Positions 27,401 through 39,400 of a DNA stretch of 64,000 bases are shown here, in pieces. The first letter of the stretch is position 1. Every line of letters begins with the position of its first letter. Below the pieces are notes generated by a model that had not been told where the DNA came from, made no database searches, and worked only from the letters and a program-made list of their open reading frames with translations. Location: the NCBI GenBank assembly GCA_002633005.1, contig NMRA01000256.1, forward strand, positions 176,068 to 240,067, written 5' to 3'. The position numbers were made by a program, and so were the translations under genes. Origin of the DNA: Phoronis australis. Lineage: Eukaryota > Animalia > Phoronida.

Positions 27401-30400
27401 ACTCTGTGACTGAGTGGGACTAATCTCTTGTTTAGATGACAGTTTCAGAGACAAAGAGACACTACTTTCAGTCTGTTTGGCACGATACCCTTATGGTCTT
27501 GTCATGGAAATCTGGTGCCCCGAAAATTATCCAGCCAATAGGGATGAAACCATTTCCATTACGTCAGTTTATAAGTTCCCTATCCTTGATTTGATGTTAT
27601 ATTGAAGTTAGTGAATGATATTTAAAGAATAACGAACTATATGCAGGACATCGGAATCTTCGTCTAACAAAGTCAGAAGTTAAAAGCCGAAGCACTGCAA
27701 ACTGACAAAACTCGATACACCACTGAGACAAGCGAGCCGTCACATATATGTACAAGTGTACAAACTGATCCGTTAGTCGATACATGCAGGCCTAGCTTGG
27801 CACGCTAATGTGTGAAATCCGTTCGCGTTAACAACTGACAGGCTTGGAATTCCATAACAAAGCCGGTTAACGCGTTTTAATGCGTCCGGGGATAGATTAA
27901 TGCGCTAACGTGTAAACACTCGAGCGCGTCAACAAGTGACAGGCTTGAAATTCCATAGCAAAGCCAATAAACGCGTTATTTAATATATTCTGGCCTAGAT
28001 GATCGAGCTAACGTGAAAAACCCGTTCGCGTCAACTATTGACAGGCTTGGAATTCCATAATAAAGCCAATTAACGCGTTTTTAATACATTCGGGTCTAGA
28101 TTAACGCGCTAACGTGTAAAAACTTGTGCGCGTCAACAAGTGACAGGCTTTAAATTCCACATGTACAGATATTTACGCCTGATTTTATAGTATATCAGTT
28201 GGGAACATGTGCTTCAACCGACCTTCACATGGGGAGTTCGTCCAGTGCCAAAGTTGTTTTCGTCTACTTTGGGTTGAGATTCCGGTGGTCGACAGACGAT
28301 CTGGTTCGAAGATAGGTCTGTCACTGCACACTGAGCAGCAAGTCCCACGTAAACGGTGTAATCTTCAATGGCGCAGCCGTAATTCATACGTAAACCCTGT
28401 AGTGAAATCTTGCTTTGAAAACCCGATAACAACGTAGAGTAGATGACATTTATCATTTTCACGGTTTCCCACTCCACTGTTATGGGATTGTTAAAGCTGT
28501 TATGTACTAGCGTTTAAATTAGACCACTTACATTGCTTTGCTATGAATTTACATTTCATTTTTCCTAAATTTCACTAAAAAGACATGGTCACCAGACACA
28601 ATTAATAGCAGATTGGTATAATGTCAAAAAATCGACTTCTACCATCTTTCTTATATGCAGTTAAAATCTATAGTTTGTACATATCTGGTTAGACAGACAG
28701 ACATTTCCTACAGGCACGTACCGTATTTATCGGCCAAACCACCTAATTATCGAGTCTGGTCTCGCGTAATAGTATAACAAAGTGTCTGTTCATTTTAAGT
28801 CTAAGAATTAGCACCTCTCCTAATGTGAGTAGACTAAGGAGAAGGTTCAGACGAACTTTGTAACAGTACTTGGTCGAAATTAAAAGTTATCTTTTTAGGG
28901 AGGGCGATATTATGCTGCTTTACGAGACCAATTTGGAAAATTCACAGAATTCATGAGTTTAGTGTACACGTACTTGGGAAACAGCCTTTCAGTAGGATGG
29001 AGAACATTAATGAAGGTAGGCATGAGGCCATCAATACAGCTAGTGTCTTTGACGTAATTTCAACAACCAGACTTAAAAATGAAGACATTTATCAAGACCA
29101 AAAAAGCGGCAATTGCTGTTGTCAGTTGTTATTGTAATGCTTGAAAACAACTGTCTTACTGAGTTTGACCGCAGTTCCTGATAACAAAATGAGAGTTTTT
29201 AAAACAACTTTTGTTAATGAGACAAAGGCCTCTACCTTAATGGTAATGAAAGGCCTCTCCTTCGGATCAAACATCTTAACTTGACCAGGTTCCGTGAATT
29301 CGGATATAAAAGGATTTGAAAACACACGAATCCTTGAGTACTGTGGCAGGGATGAAGACAAGTTCGTGTAGGTCGGGACGCCATCTAGAATGAATCCTAA
29401 GTAAAACTCGAGATCGTCGTTGTTCAGTGATTGCTTGATCTGCTCCTCACGTTTTTGTCTTGATCCGTAGTTGTCAGGGAGAACGATATGCGGGGTTGGG
29501 CAGTCCATTGCGGTTGAATTTCTGACGGTGCAAATCTGAAGGAGAGTTACAGTGTATGTAAGATTATGTACACATACTCTAACCTCAATCAACGCCAATT
29601 TGTGAATGAAACATAAAGAGAACATTTCTCTAAAACAAAAAAATAGAACCCTGGTTTTTCTAACTTAAGTTTTGGGTTAATTTTTGTCACGACAAGAACG
29701 GGCACAGTATAAAGATTTCACTCGTTAATGACTCATCTTCCCTCGTAGATGACTCATCTAAAGAGTTCGAAAATTTTGGAACTTCCAAGCATTATTTACT
29801 TTACAACAACGTCCTATATGAGGGCCATTTATAAACGAAATCAATTTTGACCGAAGTTACCAAAGTAGGTCTTAGTATCTATTTAATATGACTGAATAAA
29901 AATCAAAGTTTTCAATAGCTACCGTGCTAAAAGTAGTAGAAGTGACGATGTACACCATTGTTGTAATCATAACTGGGGCGTACACTGAATCCAAGTTGCT
30001 CCCGTACACATGAAGAATGACGCCTCCTCTGAAATACAAGAGATTAAAATAGTGGCGGATCGAGGATAACCATAAGGCGAGGGGCCAGTATGTTGCCTCG
30101 GAGAATTGGGCAAAGCGCGATTGTATGTGCACAGGGAAAGTTGCGAGGGCCGGGGATGTGGACCTTCTATTCAGAAAAGCTATCGGTGGAATAAAAAAAA
30201 NNNNNNNNNNNNNNNNNNNNNNNNNNNNNNNNNNNNNNNNNNNNNNNNNNNNNNNNNNNNNNNNNNNNNNNNNNNNNNNNGGGGGGGGGGGGTGCGTTCA
30301 TCAGTGTAACCATGGGCGGTGTAGCACTGAAAAAGTGGGGCTATAGCCCCCAGCCCCTCTGTAGTGCACCGCCCATGGTCTAAGGCCCAGCGCTGAAAAA

Positions 30401-33400
30401 AGTGGGGGCTATACCCTTTGGTGCGCCGCCCATGGTAATACAGCCTTATAGAGATACCAGAGCGTCAGTGATATGGGATTCGGTGACACTCGGACGCGTA
30501 TTCTAAGAATAAATCTGTCAGCCAAGTTTTGCATGATTTGGAGTTTATATAAGAGCGTTACTTTAGTAGCGCAAGATACATGACATGGCCAGGTTGTGAC
30601 CTGATCGATTTCGTGTTCATCATGTGGTCACACGTGAATCTACAATGACGAACTCAAAGTATGCGCACTGAAAAGTCAAAAGGTTGTACCTCAAGAATGT
30701 CTCCAAAGGCTCTATGCGTTGAATAACTGGGTCTCCTTTATATGTAAACTCAAAAGTGGTACTGGTGGTAAAATTGTGAGGATATACGTCATAAGTAAGT
30801 TTAACATCCACAACTTCTTCTTGTTCATTCTTGCCTGTCCGACATACAACTGTCGTGTCGTTTCTGTAAAATACAATGCCACACAATAAATACAACTTGA
30901 ATACACTACAATGTACTGCTCCGCGCCTTCACTACATTACGATAGAAGTACAGTAGGCACCTGAATACTTGCAGATTTCCCATAGTGTGCAAGAGAAGTG
31001 GAAGAAAAACGTAACCGTCAAAATGTCTAACGGGACTTTCAGTTTTTGATGACGGATTTGAATAAACATTATGCTTGCAACGCAGCTGAAGGTAAGACAT
31101 ATCAAAAAGCCACCTGAGAGCTGAAGTGATGCGATATTTTTCTCGTCTAGTGGTCCAGTGGTGCGCGAGGGGGAGGGTCTGTCCATGACTCAAAACTGTA
31201 CAACAATTAATATCATCATGAAAGACTCGTAAGCAATTGCCGCTAAGTAGCGCAGAGACTTTGATAAAAATATTTTAGAACCGCTTGCGTGGTCTTTCGA
31301 CTTCTCTGGAAGGGATGCAGGCGTGAGCTTATTTTTAAACAGTTTCAAAACGATTTGGCACAGGCCAAAACCAACTACGCTATTTTCATTGGTTTCATCA
31401 AACGTATGGCCGTATCATTTTTAAAATTTCAGCAAGCAAAATGCCACGAAGTCTTCTTTTTCTAAACTTGACAATAACGTTTACTAAATGTACATATTCT
31501 AATTCATTACCTTTTCTCAATAGAGCAGAATTTGTCACCAACCAGAACCTTTACGTAGTGTAGATAAACTCCTCTTAATATGACCACAGTGCCACCAGCG
31601 AGCGGGCCGTAGGAAGGTCCAATAGAGGTCAAATGTGGCGACTGAAATGTGTATTTGACAGGTGTTATATGCAATTCAGTACTTTGAGTTTGAGGAGAAG
31701 GATGCGAACGACAACTTAATTTACGGGTTGTTTATTTCACTTTACAATGGGTTGTGTGATGCCAGTCATTCGAAACAGAATGAAACCAATGAAAACAGAG
31801 CACACAATTTAAATTAAAAGGCGAAGGCAACCTTTTCTCATGTCACTTTTAGCAAAAATAAGGTATTTTGATTATCCCAGGCATATTTTTCACGTAATTA
31901 CAGCTTTTCGTAATTTAATTAATTTCTCTTCCTCTACTCCGGAAGTGACGTTTTGGGAGGCAAGAATTTCGTGCCAATTTCCTTTCATACAGTCAGACTG
32001 TGAGAGCTGTCAAGTCAGTCATTGTTCTACCTCGGATGTGATAAGTTTGGTCGTCGTTTGCTTTTGTTTACAAGTCAGTCAACATGCCACGCTGTTGCTG
32101 CGTACCAGGATGTACTCATTATCGTTATACAACGCTTTGGGTACCTTCCATCGCTTTCCGAAGGATGACACACTTCGTCGCCGTACTTGGCTAGCTCGTT
32201 CGTGTGAAGAATGCAGCGCTACCCATTCACGCAACGTACAAAGCAGTGGCGAGCATTTTCAGCCGTTAGATTACGATAGTGATATGTACCCTGAATTGAT
32301 GAAGGTCCCTGCGAAACAACGCCTGAAGAAGGGTTCCATAACGTCGCTGTTGATTCCCGGCAGTGCCCCGTTGCCACCCCCGAGTAGTGCGTTTTTAAAG
32401 CGAGAAGCCTCGCAAGCTGTGGCCACCATAAACAGTGACTGGAGGCACTTCATCTACTGTCACCCATGCCTCCGAACGTACCCCATAGCGTGCAATTCCA
32501 AGAACTAGCAGTGATTCCCCGTGTGCTGTTGTCTCTAGCCTAGAGTCTGTAAGCAGCCCTGCAGTGATGTTGAGTAATGGAAGTGAATACACGCCCAGTT
32601 TGACACCCAGTGAAAAGGACAGTTCGTCATACAATGAACAGATTGGTGACCCTAAGTTTGATAAGTTTGTTGTGGACTTGTATAGGAGCTCTTTAGAAGC
32701 TGCCACGTGTGTGACGAGGGAATCGCACGGTGGGGTGCTCAAGTCACATGATCCACTGGGAGTGTGTCGCGGGACACTCGGGCAAGTGGGACAGTTCTTC
32801 CTCTGTACGTGAGACGATAATGAGTACATCTCGGTAGGCAGCAACAGCGTGGCATGTTGACTGACTCGTAAACAAAAGCAAACGACGACCGAACTTATCA
32901 CAACCGAGGTAGAACAATGACTCGACTGCTCTCACAGTCAGACTGTATGAAAAGAAATTGGCGCGAAATTTTTGCCTCCTAAAACGTCACTTCCGGAGTA
33001 GACGACGAGTAATTAATTAAATTACGAAAGCTGTAAATAAGTGAAAAATATGTCTGGGATAATCAACGAACCCTATTTTTGCTAAAAATGGCATGAAAAA
33101 CGGTTGCCTTCGTCTTTAAACAGAGTGTCTGTTCCAGTCTAAATACGAAGTAAAGGCACAGAGGTGTAAAACATGTTCGACTTTAAATGCCATGTCAGAG
33201 TAACTCAAAATTCGACAGCACTTTTAATAACTTAGACATAAAACAGACTACGTACACAATCGGAAGGCAGCGACCCGGAGCTTGAACTTCGGCAGTTACA
33301 TTGCCCGGTCGTGACGTCACAAATCCTCGAGCTGTTTTTCACAACGCCGGCTGGGTGACACCGGCACGGCACACATGGTGAAAAGTCTTGCACTGCAGAT

Positions 33401-36400
33401 TGCCGGAAATATCCTCGCTCACAAATTTCACAGTTGACTCCTCTTGTGTTTTGTTGGCAGTGGCACTGATAAGTGCCGTTCGAAAATATCGTGCAATTAG
33501 ACGCATGACCGTTACATGCGCACCTAGTTGCAAAAAATAAACACACGCATTCATCGTTATTGCTCATGGTGCATTTTTGATTCTTCACTTCCCTGCACCT
33601 TCTTTTTATTTCGAAATATTATCATTATCTTTGAAAACTTTCATCTTAACCCTAAATAAATTCATCTTGAAGGCAGTTTTTCGTTTACCGTCGGCGTTTC
33701 CCTTTTCTGCTCTGTCGCCACCTACTGAGAGTTTTTTTGAAACGCGCAGCCAGTGTAATGACTCAAGGCCAATAAATTAGAGTCAGCCGTGAGTATGCAC
33801 ACTCATCACAGCGCTAAGGGCAGCCACCAGCACATGATTTGTGTTTTAAAAAGGTAAAGAAATCGTAAAAATATCTTTTAAACTGATCGTGGCGAATCTA
33901 CATCTTGAGGACTCTAACGTGAGAGTTATTCACTGTGAAAATTGCAAAAGTTTCAAGAAAAAAATGTCAGATGCACTATTTTTAAAACACAGACGAAATA
34001 TAAGACTCTTTCTTCCCAATACAGTTTCAAATTCCAGGCCTCTGATGTCATATGTCGGACAGGGTAGAGTTCAGTAGCTGACTAGGGGCGAGAAAAACCT
34101 AGCCAAAATCACGTACTCTCATTTAAAATACACTGCAATACCTCGCGTAATCTCGCTACGGCTAGCCTTTTTGTGAGGTCCTGGTATTATTGAACTCTAC
34201 CCTGTCTGCTGCTTGAAATCGCCATGGTTTTGCTTACATTAACGGTCAAATGTCGCATTTCCCATAGAAGAGAAATGTGCTACCTCTATGCCTTGGCATA
34301 CGAAATAAAAAGACGTGATTTACCTTGTGGGAGAAAAATCAACGAAGTGAGGGGCAGTTGACAGGTAGCTTTTTTAAATTTGAAACTATGGGAAAATGCT
34401 TTGAGATCAGCAGAAATCCAAATCGTTACGAACAACTGTAAAAATAACTGGTAAACAGTTTGACTTCTTTTTCAGTGGCAGAGAACCACTTTGAATATTT
34501 TAGTCTATTTTACACGTTGTAGGCCTCTGACTCTAGCCTTGAATCTCACTCACATTAATTCTACTTCAATCCAAGATTGTCTGAGAATACTCGTTGAAGG
34601 AAAGTAATTACGGCAAATGTTTTGGACAATAGTATACCATCCCAATGAATCGTCACACAAAAATCTGGAGGGGAATGTTTCGGGCCGCGAACGTCACTTC
34701 CAGGTGACGCATCAATCATGAATTAGAAACCGGGGACTTTAATAAACTTGAAAATTTATTCAGGATAACCAAAAATGGCAGGGTATAAAAAATACACTCA
34801 AACCCAATGTCTGCCCCTTTAAGCCTCTCAAATGATGTCACAATTTATTAATCTTTCAGCAGATGGTTATCCGACCATTCTAAATTGTGCCAAAATGTGT
34901 TCTAATGTTTTCTGTAGTTCATCCGTCGATCATCATAACTAAAAGACAAGTGAATATTGGAGCCTATCCTCTAGCATAATATCTTAGTTCTTTTAATAGT
35001 TAAATAATTAACAATTTTGAAATATATTTCCCAACAGTTACCTTCCATTTACAGCGATCTCCTGCACCCCAAACCAGGCTTCTCCTTGACCGTTATTAAG
35101 AATAACTCGCACGTGACGCGCTAAACCTCGGTAAGAATCACTTGGATAAAGGGGACTTAGATCTATTCTGAGAGTATAGACGTCCGTGAGGTTTGGCCTG
35201 GTATATAAAATAAAAACAGCAAAACGTTTAAACTCAAGAAAGAACACTGCATCCACAAATTTTAAAGTTGGAAAATAATTCAGAAAAGATCACGTCCAAA
35301 ATCCGTACCTCTGAGTCGTTATCACAATACGATTTATTCAATTTGCCTCAACAAGTGACCACAATTATCAGTAATGTTCCTTATGTACAGTGAATAGGAA
35401 ATTGTTACCCCACGGAGCATTTACTAATAGCAATGATAATAATAATAACATTTTAAGTTCTACAAGATGAGGACAAACTATTTCAATTATGCATCTTTCT
35501 TGTCATTTACTTACATAAGGGTGCATGTCGGCGTGCTAATGTTAGGCAATATTCCATCGCAGAATGTGGCAAATTTCACCCACGTTTTCCACTCAGTGGC
35601 CAGATTGTTTCTGTACTGAATTGTCGCTGAACGATAGCTACTCTTGAGCTTGCTGTGGTATGAAACTGAGGCCACTAAGACAATAACCTACACAACAGAA
35701 GACAAGCACATAGATCACTATCTGTCGCTAAGGACTCTTCGTAAGTTAACCAACATGTATTTGTTCCCAATGAGATTAAAGACAGAGAAATGATTCAACG
35801 GTGTGATTTCTTACCTCAAAATCCTGTTTCAAGTCCATAACGATACTGGCATTATTCATGTACGAGCTGGTCCATGTTGTATTCTGGCCGTCGTTGATCA
35901 GAGACGGGGTGCTGTCGTAAGCGAGTCTCGAAACAACGTTGGAGATTTGTGGAAAATCGTTAGTCGCACACAACGTGTCATTCAAGAACTAGAAAGGTCA
36001 TCAGAAGATAAGTCATCAATCGGTTATTGTAAGAAATGTTTGGCGTAAACTCTCTCCAGGTTTATGAAAAATAACCTTCTGATGCCAAATTGATGCAAAT
36101 CCTGTCTTGAACTCACCTTAACAGCAAAAAGAGAACTTCGGCAATATTCCACGGCAGATTGATCCGGAGACAGTTTCATGGAAAGTGACTTAAGTAAGAC
36201 AGAAATTTGATCTTACGCACCATAAAACGTATTATAAAAATTAAATCTCGCTTGACCAAAAATGCCAAGTCTGTCAGAATATACCCGTAACTGCTAGTGA
36301 CTGAGAAAATTTCTATGAATTATTTCAAGACTATGATGTTATACAGTTAAATCATCATCAAGCCACCGTGAAGAGGGAGCTTAAGATGACATCTGTGGAG

Positions 36401-39400
36401 AAGTCTTAAAGTCACTTTTCAATTTTGCTTCTATAGCTTAGGGACGTTCAACTAATATATAGGCTACAGATACGACGTTAATTTCTAAAATATAACTACA
36501 ACACTGTACGTGTGCTTATTCACACGTGTTAGTCAAGTTATCTTATTTCAATTCTTGACAGAAACTTCCAGTGCTATTTTAAACTACGGAAGTGGTAGAT
36601 TTGTATGACACAGCAATGACTGCACTTTATGGGGGCAATAAACCTTCCTACTACCACAAAACCAATTTGCTTCACACGACTTTCCGTAATGAAATTGGTC
36701 TCAAACTGCTCACATTTGACGTTGAAGTTGATTTACTTGAGAAAACTGATAGCTTGCTGTTGCTTGAGACAAGGCTCTGCAAATTGTCTTGTCACGGCGG
36801 GTCATTTTATGCACTTAACATGTTCGCAACGAACAACTATCTTCAAGTTCTTTGCAAATCAGAAATCATTAGCCCATCTCATTCAGAACAATTTGAGATC
36901 AATTTTACATTGGTAAATGGTCTCAATCAAAAGTTCGTTTGTTAGAAGAAAGACGGAGTCGTAACTCCTTGAAAGGGACATAATGAGGGAGAAAGGTTAT
37001 GTTTTAAGTCAGCCTCAGCGCGGAATAGAACATGCAACCTTTGCGTTTGCAGACCAACGCTCGGCTCTCGGAGATAAACACACTAGATAAACGACAAAGT
37101 ATCTTAAACAGTACACACCATGGATTTTTGCACATTTTGAATTACCGGTGGCCACAGACTGAATGTATGACGTAAAATTTAGCTAAACCCATGTTTATTT
37201 TGTGTAATTAGCTCAAAATTTTGATTTTTCTTTCAATTTTGCCAAATTTCACATTTCCCGCCATGTGACGTCATGGGTTGAACACAAGAGATCAGTGACT
37301 AGCATTGAACAATGGCGGAGACCAGGGAATTTGAAAGTGACGACGATTAAGAGCAAGAATTGAACGAATACTATGAAGAAACGTATGGGAATGGTGGCCA
37401 GGATGAGGAAATGGGGTTGCACGAAAGCGAGAACAAGTTTAATGTGCTTCCGGCTGCGTACTTTTCTACTTTGAGCCTTATGAACTGGATCCTCCCGCGA
37501 GAGAAGCGGCCTCGGGCTCGGCGAGTCAACCCAGTCATCCAACAGACGATCCTGAATTAAGAGCTGATGTTTCTGAATGATAAATATTGTCCTTTATTGA
37601 ACCAGGCCTTCATCGTAACGTCTCATGTGACTGGAGTCGAAACACGAGTCCTCAAAGTGGGCAGAACACAGAGTGGCCCCGGACCGAATCGCTTGGTCCA
37701 CGATGACGTCCCACACTCTCGTTCGGCGCACGAAGTCATGCCACTTCTGCGCAACTTTGGTGTCCTTCGGAACACCGAGACGTTTTCCGCCTGGCTGCTG
37801 TTGCTGCAGCCTCCGGAAACACATCTTTTGATCCCTCTACGAACCTTCTCGACGCTAAATGTACTTTGCATTCTCTTCACTCTATACACTTTGTCTCTGA
37901 TCCGAACGGTATTGCGAACGACTTGGGTTCAACCCATGACGTTGTACATAATTATTATTTTTTTCAATTTTTGCGTGTTTCTTTGTGAGCTGTGCACTAA
38001 AGGCACTGAAATCAAGTAAGATATAATAATAAAATTTATTTTGAGGTACTAGAGTACGTCATGTTGTGTACACTTTAAACATTTGTATGTGTTCGATACA
38101 TTGGCCTTAATTACAGGCCAGCGAATGTGTGGCAGACAACGACGGGAATTGCTGGTTTGTAGTAAGATCGCATAACATCAATCTATTCCGTCCAACAAAA
38201 AATCCGAAAATTACTGTTTTCGGCTGTAAAATCTATAATTATGTCTTCTTCATTTTCGTGTCAATACCTTTGGGAAATCAGGCGGACATCTGCAACTGGC
38301 GAGATCCAGCATGCCATGGTCTGGAAATGATCCGGAGTAAACTTCTTCGATTTCCCTACTTGTAAGTATTTTCTCGTAAAATCTGAAGTCTTGAATGTGT
38401 CCCAGGAAGACGTCTGTTAAGAAATAGATAGAAGTGACAAAGCGGTGGCGTTGGGGATTTCATAAGGTACCTCGTATAGGTCTAAAATGTAGGCTACTTG
38501 TTATGTAGTCTAGCGCACTGCATGAGAAAGAAAGAAGGTGTCTTCAACTATTAATAGGAAACTCATCAAACTATATATTCTAAAAATCCTTCGGAGTCAC
38601 AGAATTATATTCTGTGCATGAAAACAATGTTCAGAGGTACCTTATCAAGTGACAGCATTTTTGTCAAATATCACAATTTTAACGGAGATCGCTGTAATTT
38701 CCACAAATTCGGGTTTTTTCGCTCAAAACGTCCAAATTCTGCTGTTTTATCTTATTAGCTACGAAACTGTGTCTGGGATTTCTTATTAAGGCCTTTGAGC
38801 TCAAGAAATCCGATGTCAGATTTTGACGTCTTGATTTCTGACAGCAGATTTCTCGGGCTAAGATGTCCTAAAGCGAAATCACAGACACCATTTTGTACTT
38901 ATAGAACACAGACACAGAATTTGAAAATTTCGTTGACGTCGAAATCATATGTACTGTCTCTTTCACTGTTATTGAAGTGGGTGAAGGTTGCGGTGTTCTT
39001 TGTGATTGACAGAATTTTGGCTGTAAGAGTTGCATTTGTTGCATACTGAAATTTGTACCTATTCCTGGTGAGTTGATCGACTCTCTTGACAAATGACTGG
39101 AGAGTTCTGAACATGCAGTGCTTGGCCCTTCTTCCGTGCTTGGTGTAGCTATTGGAGACAGATTCGGGGTTGTGATGTCGGTGTCTGTTGCGTAATAAGA
39201 TATTATCGATTCCACTTGTAGTTGGTGAATGTTTCATTGGTGTTTTTGAGTGCCGTCAGAATTTGGTGTGTATGGCTTACATCTGTTGCTGTTGTATGTT
39301 GAAAGAAAGTGCTCCCTGCTCGTGATGAAATTTGTTCTGATACACCAGAGCTAGTTCTCTTAGCGAGTACTGATTTCTGAACTGGAAGTGGATATAAACT

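Noticed and set aside
31840-32901. 222-aa and 168-aa ORFs as host genes
   Set aside because: Both lie within the TIR transposon, and the THAP domain is split by a frameshift.
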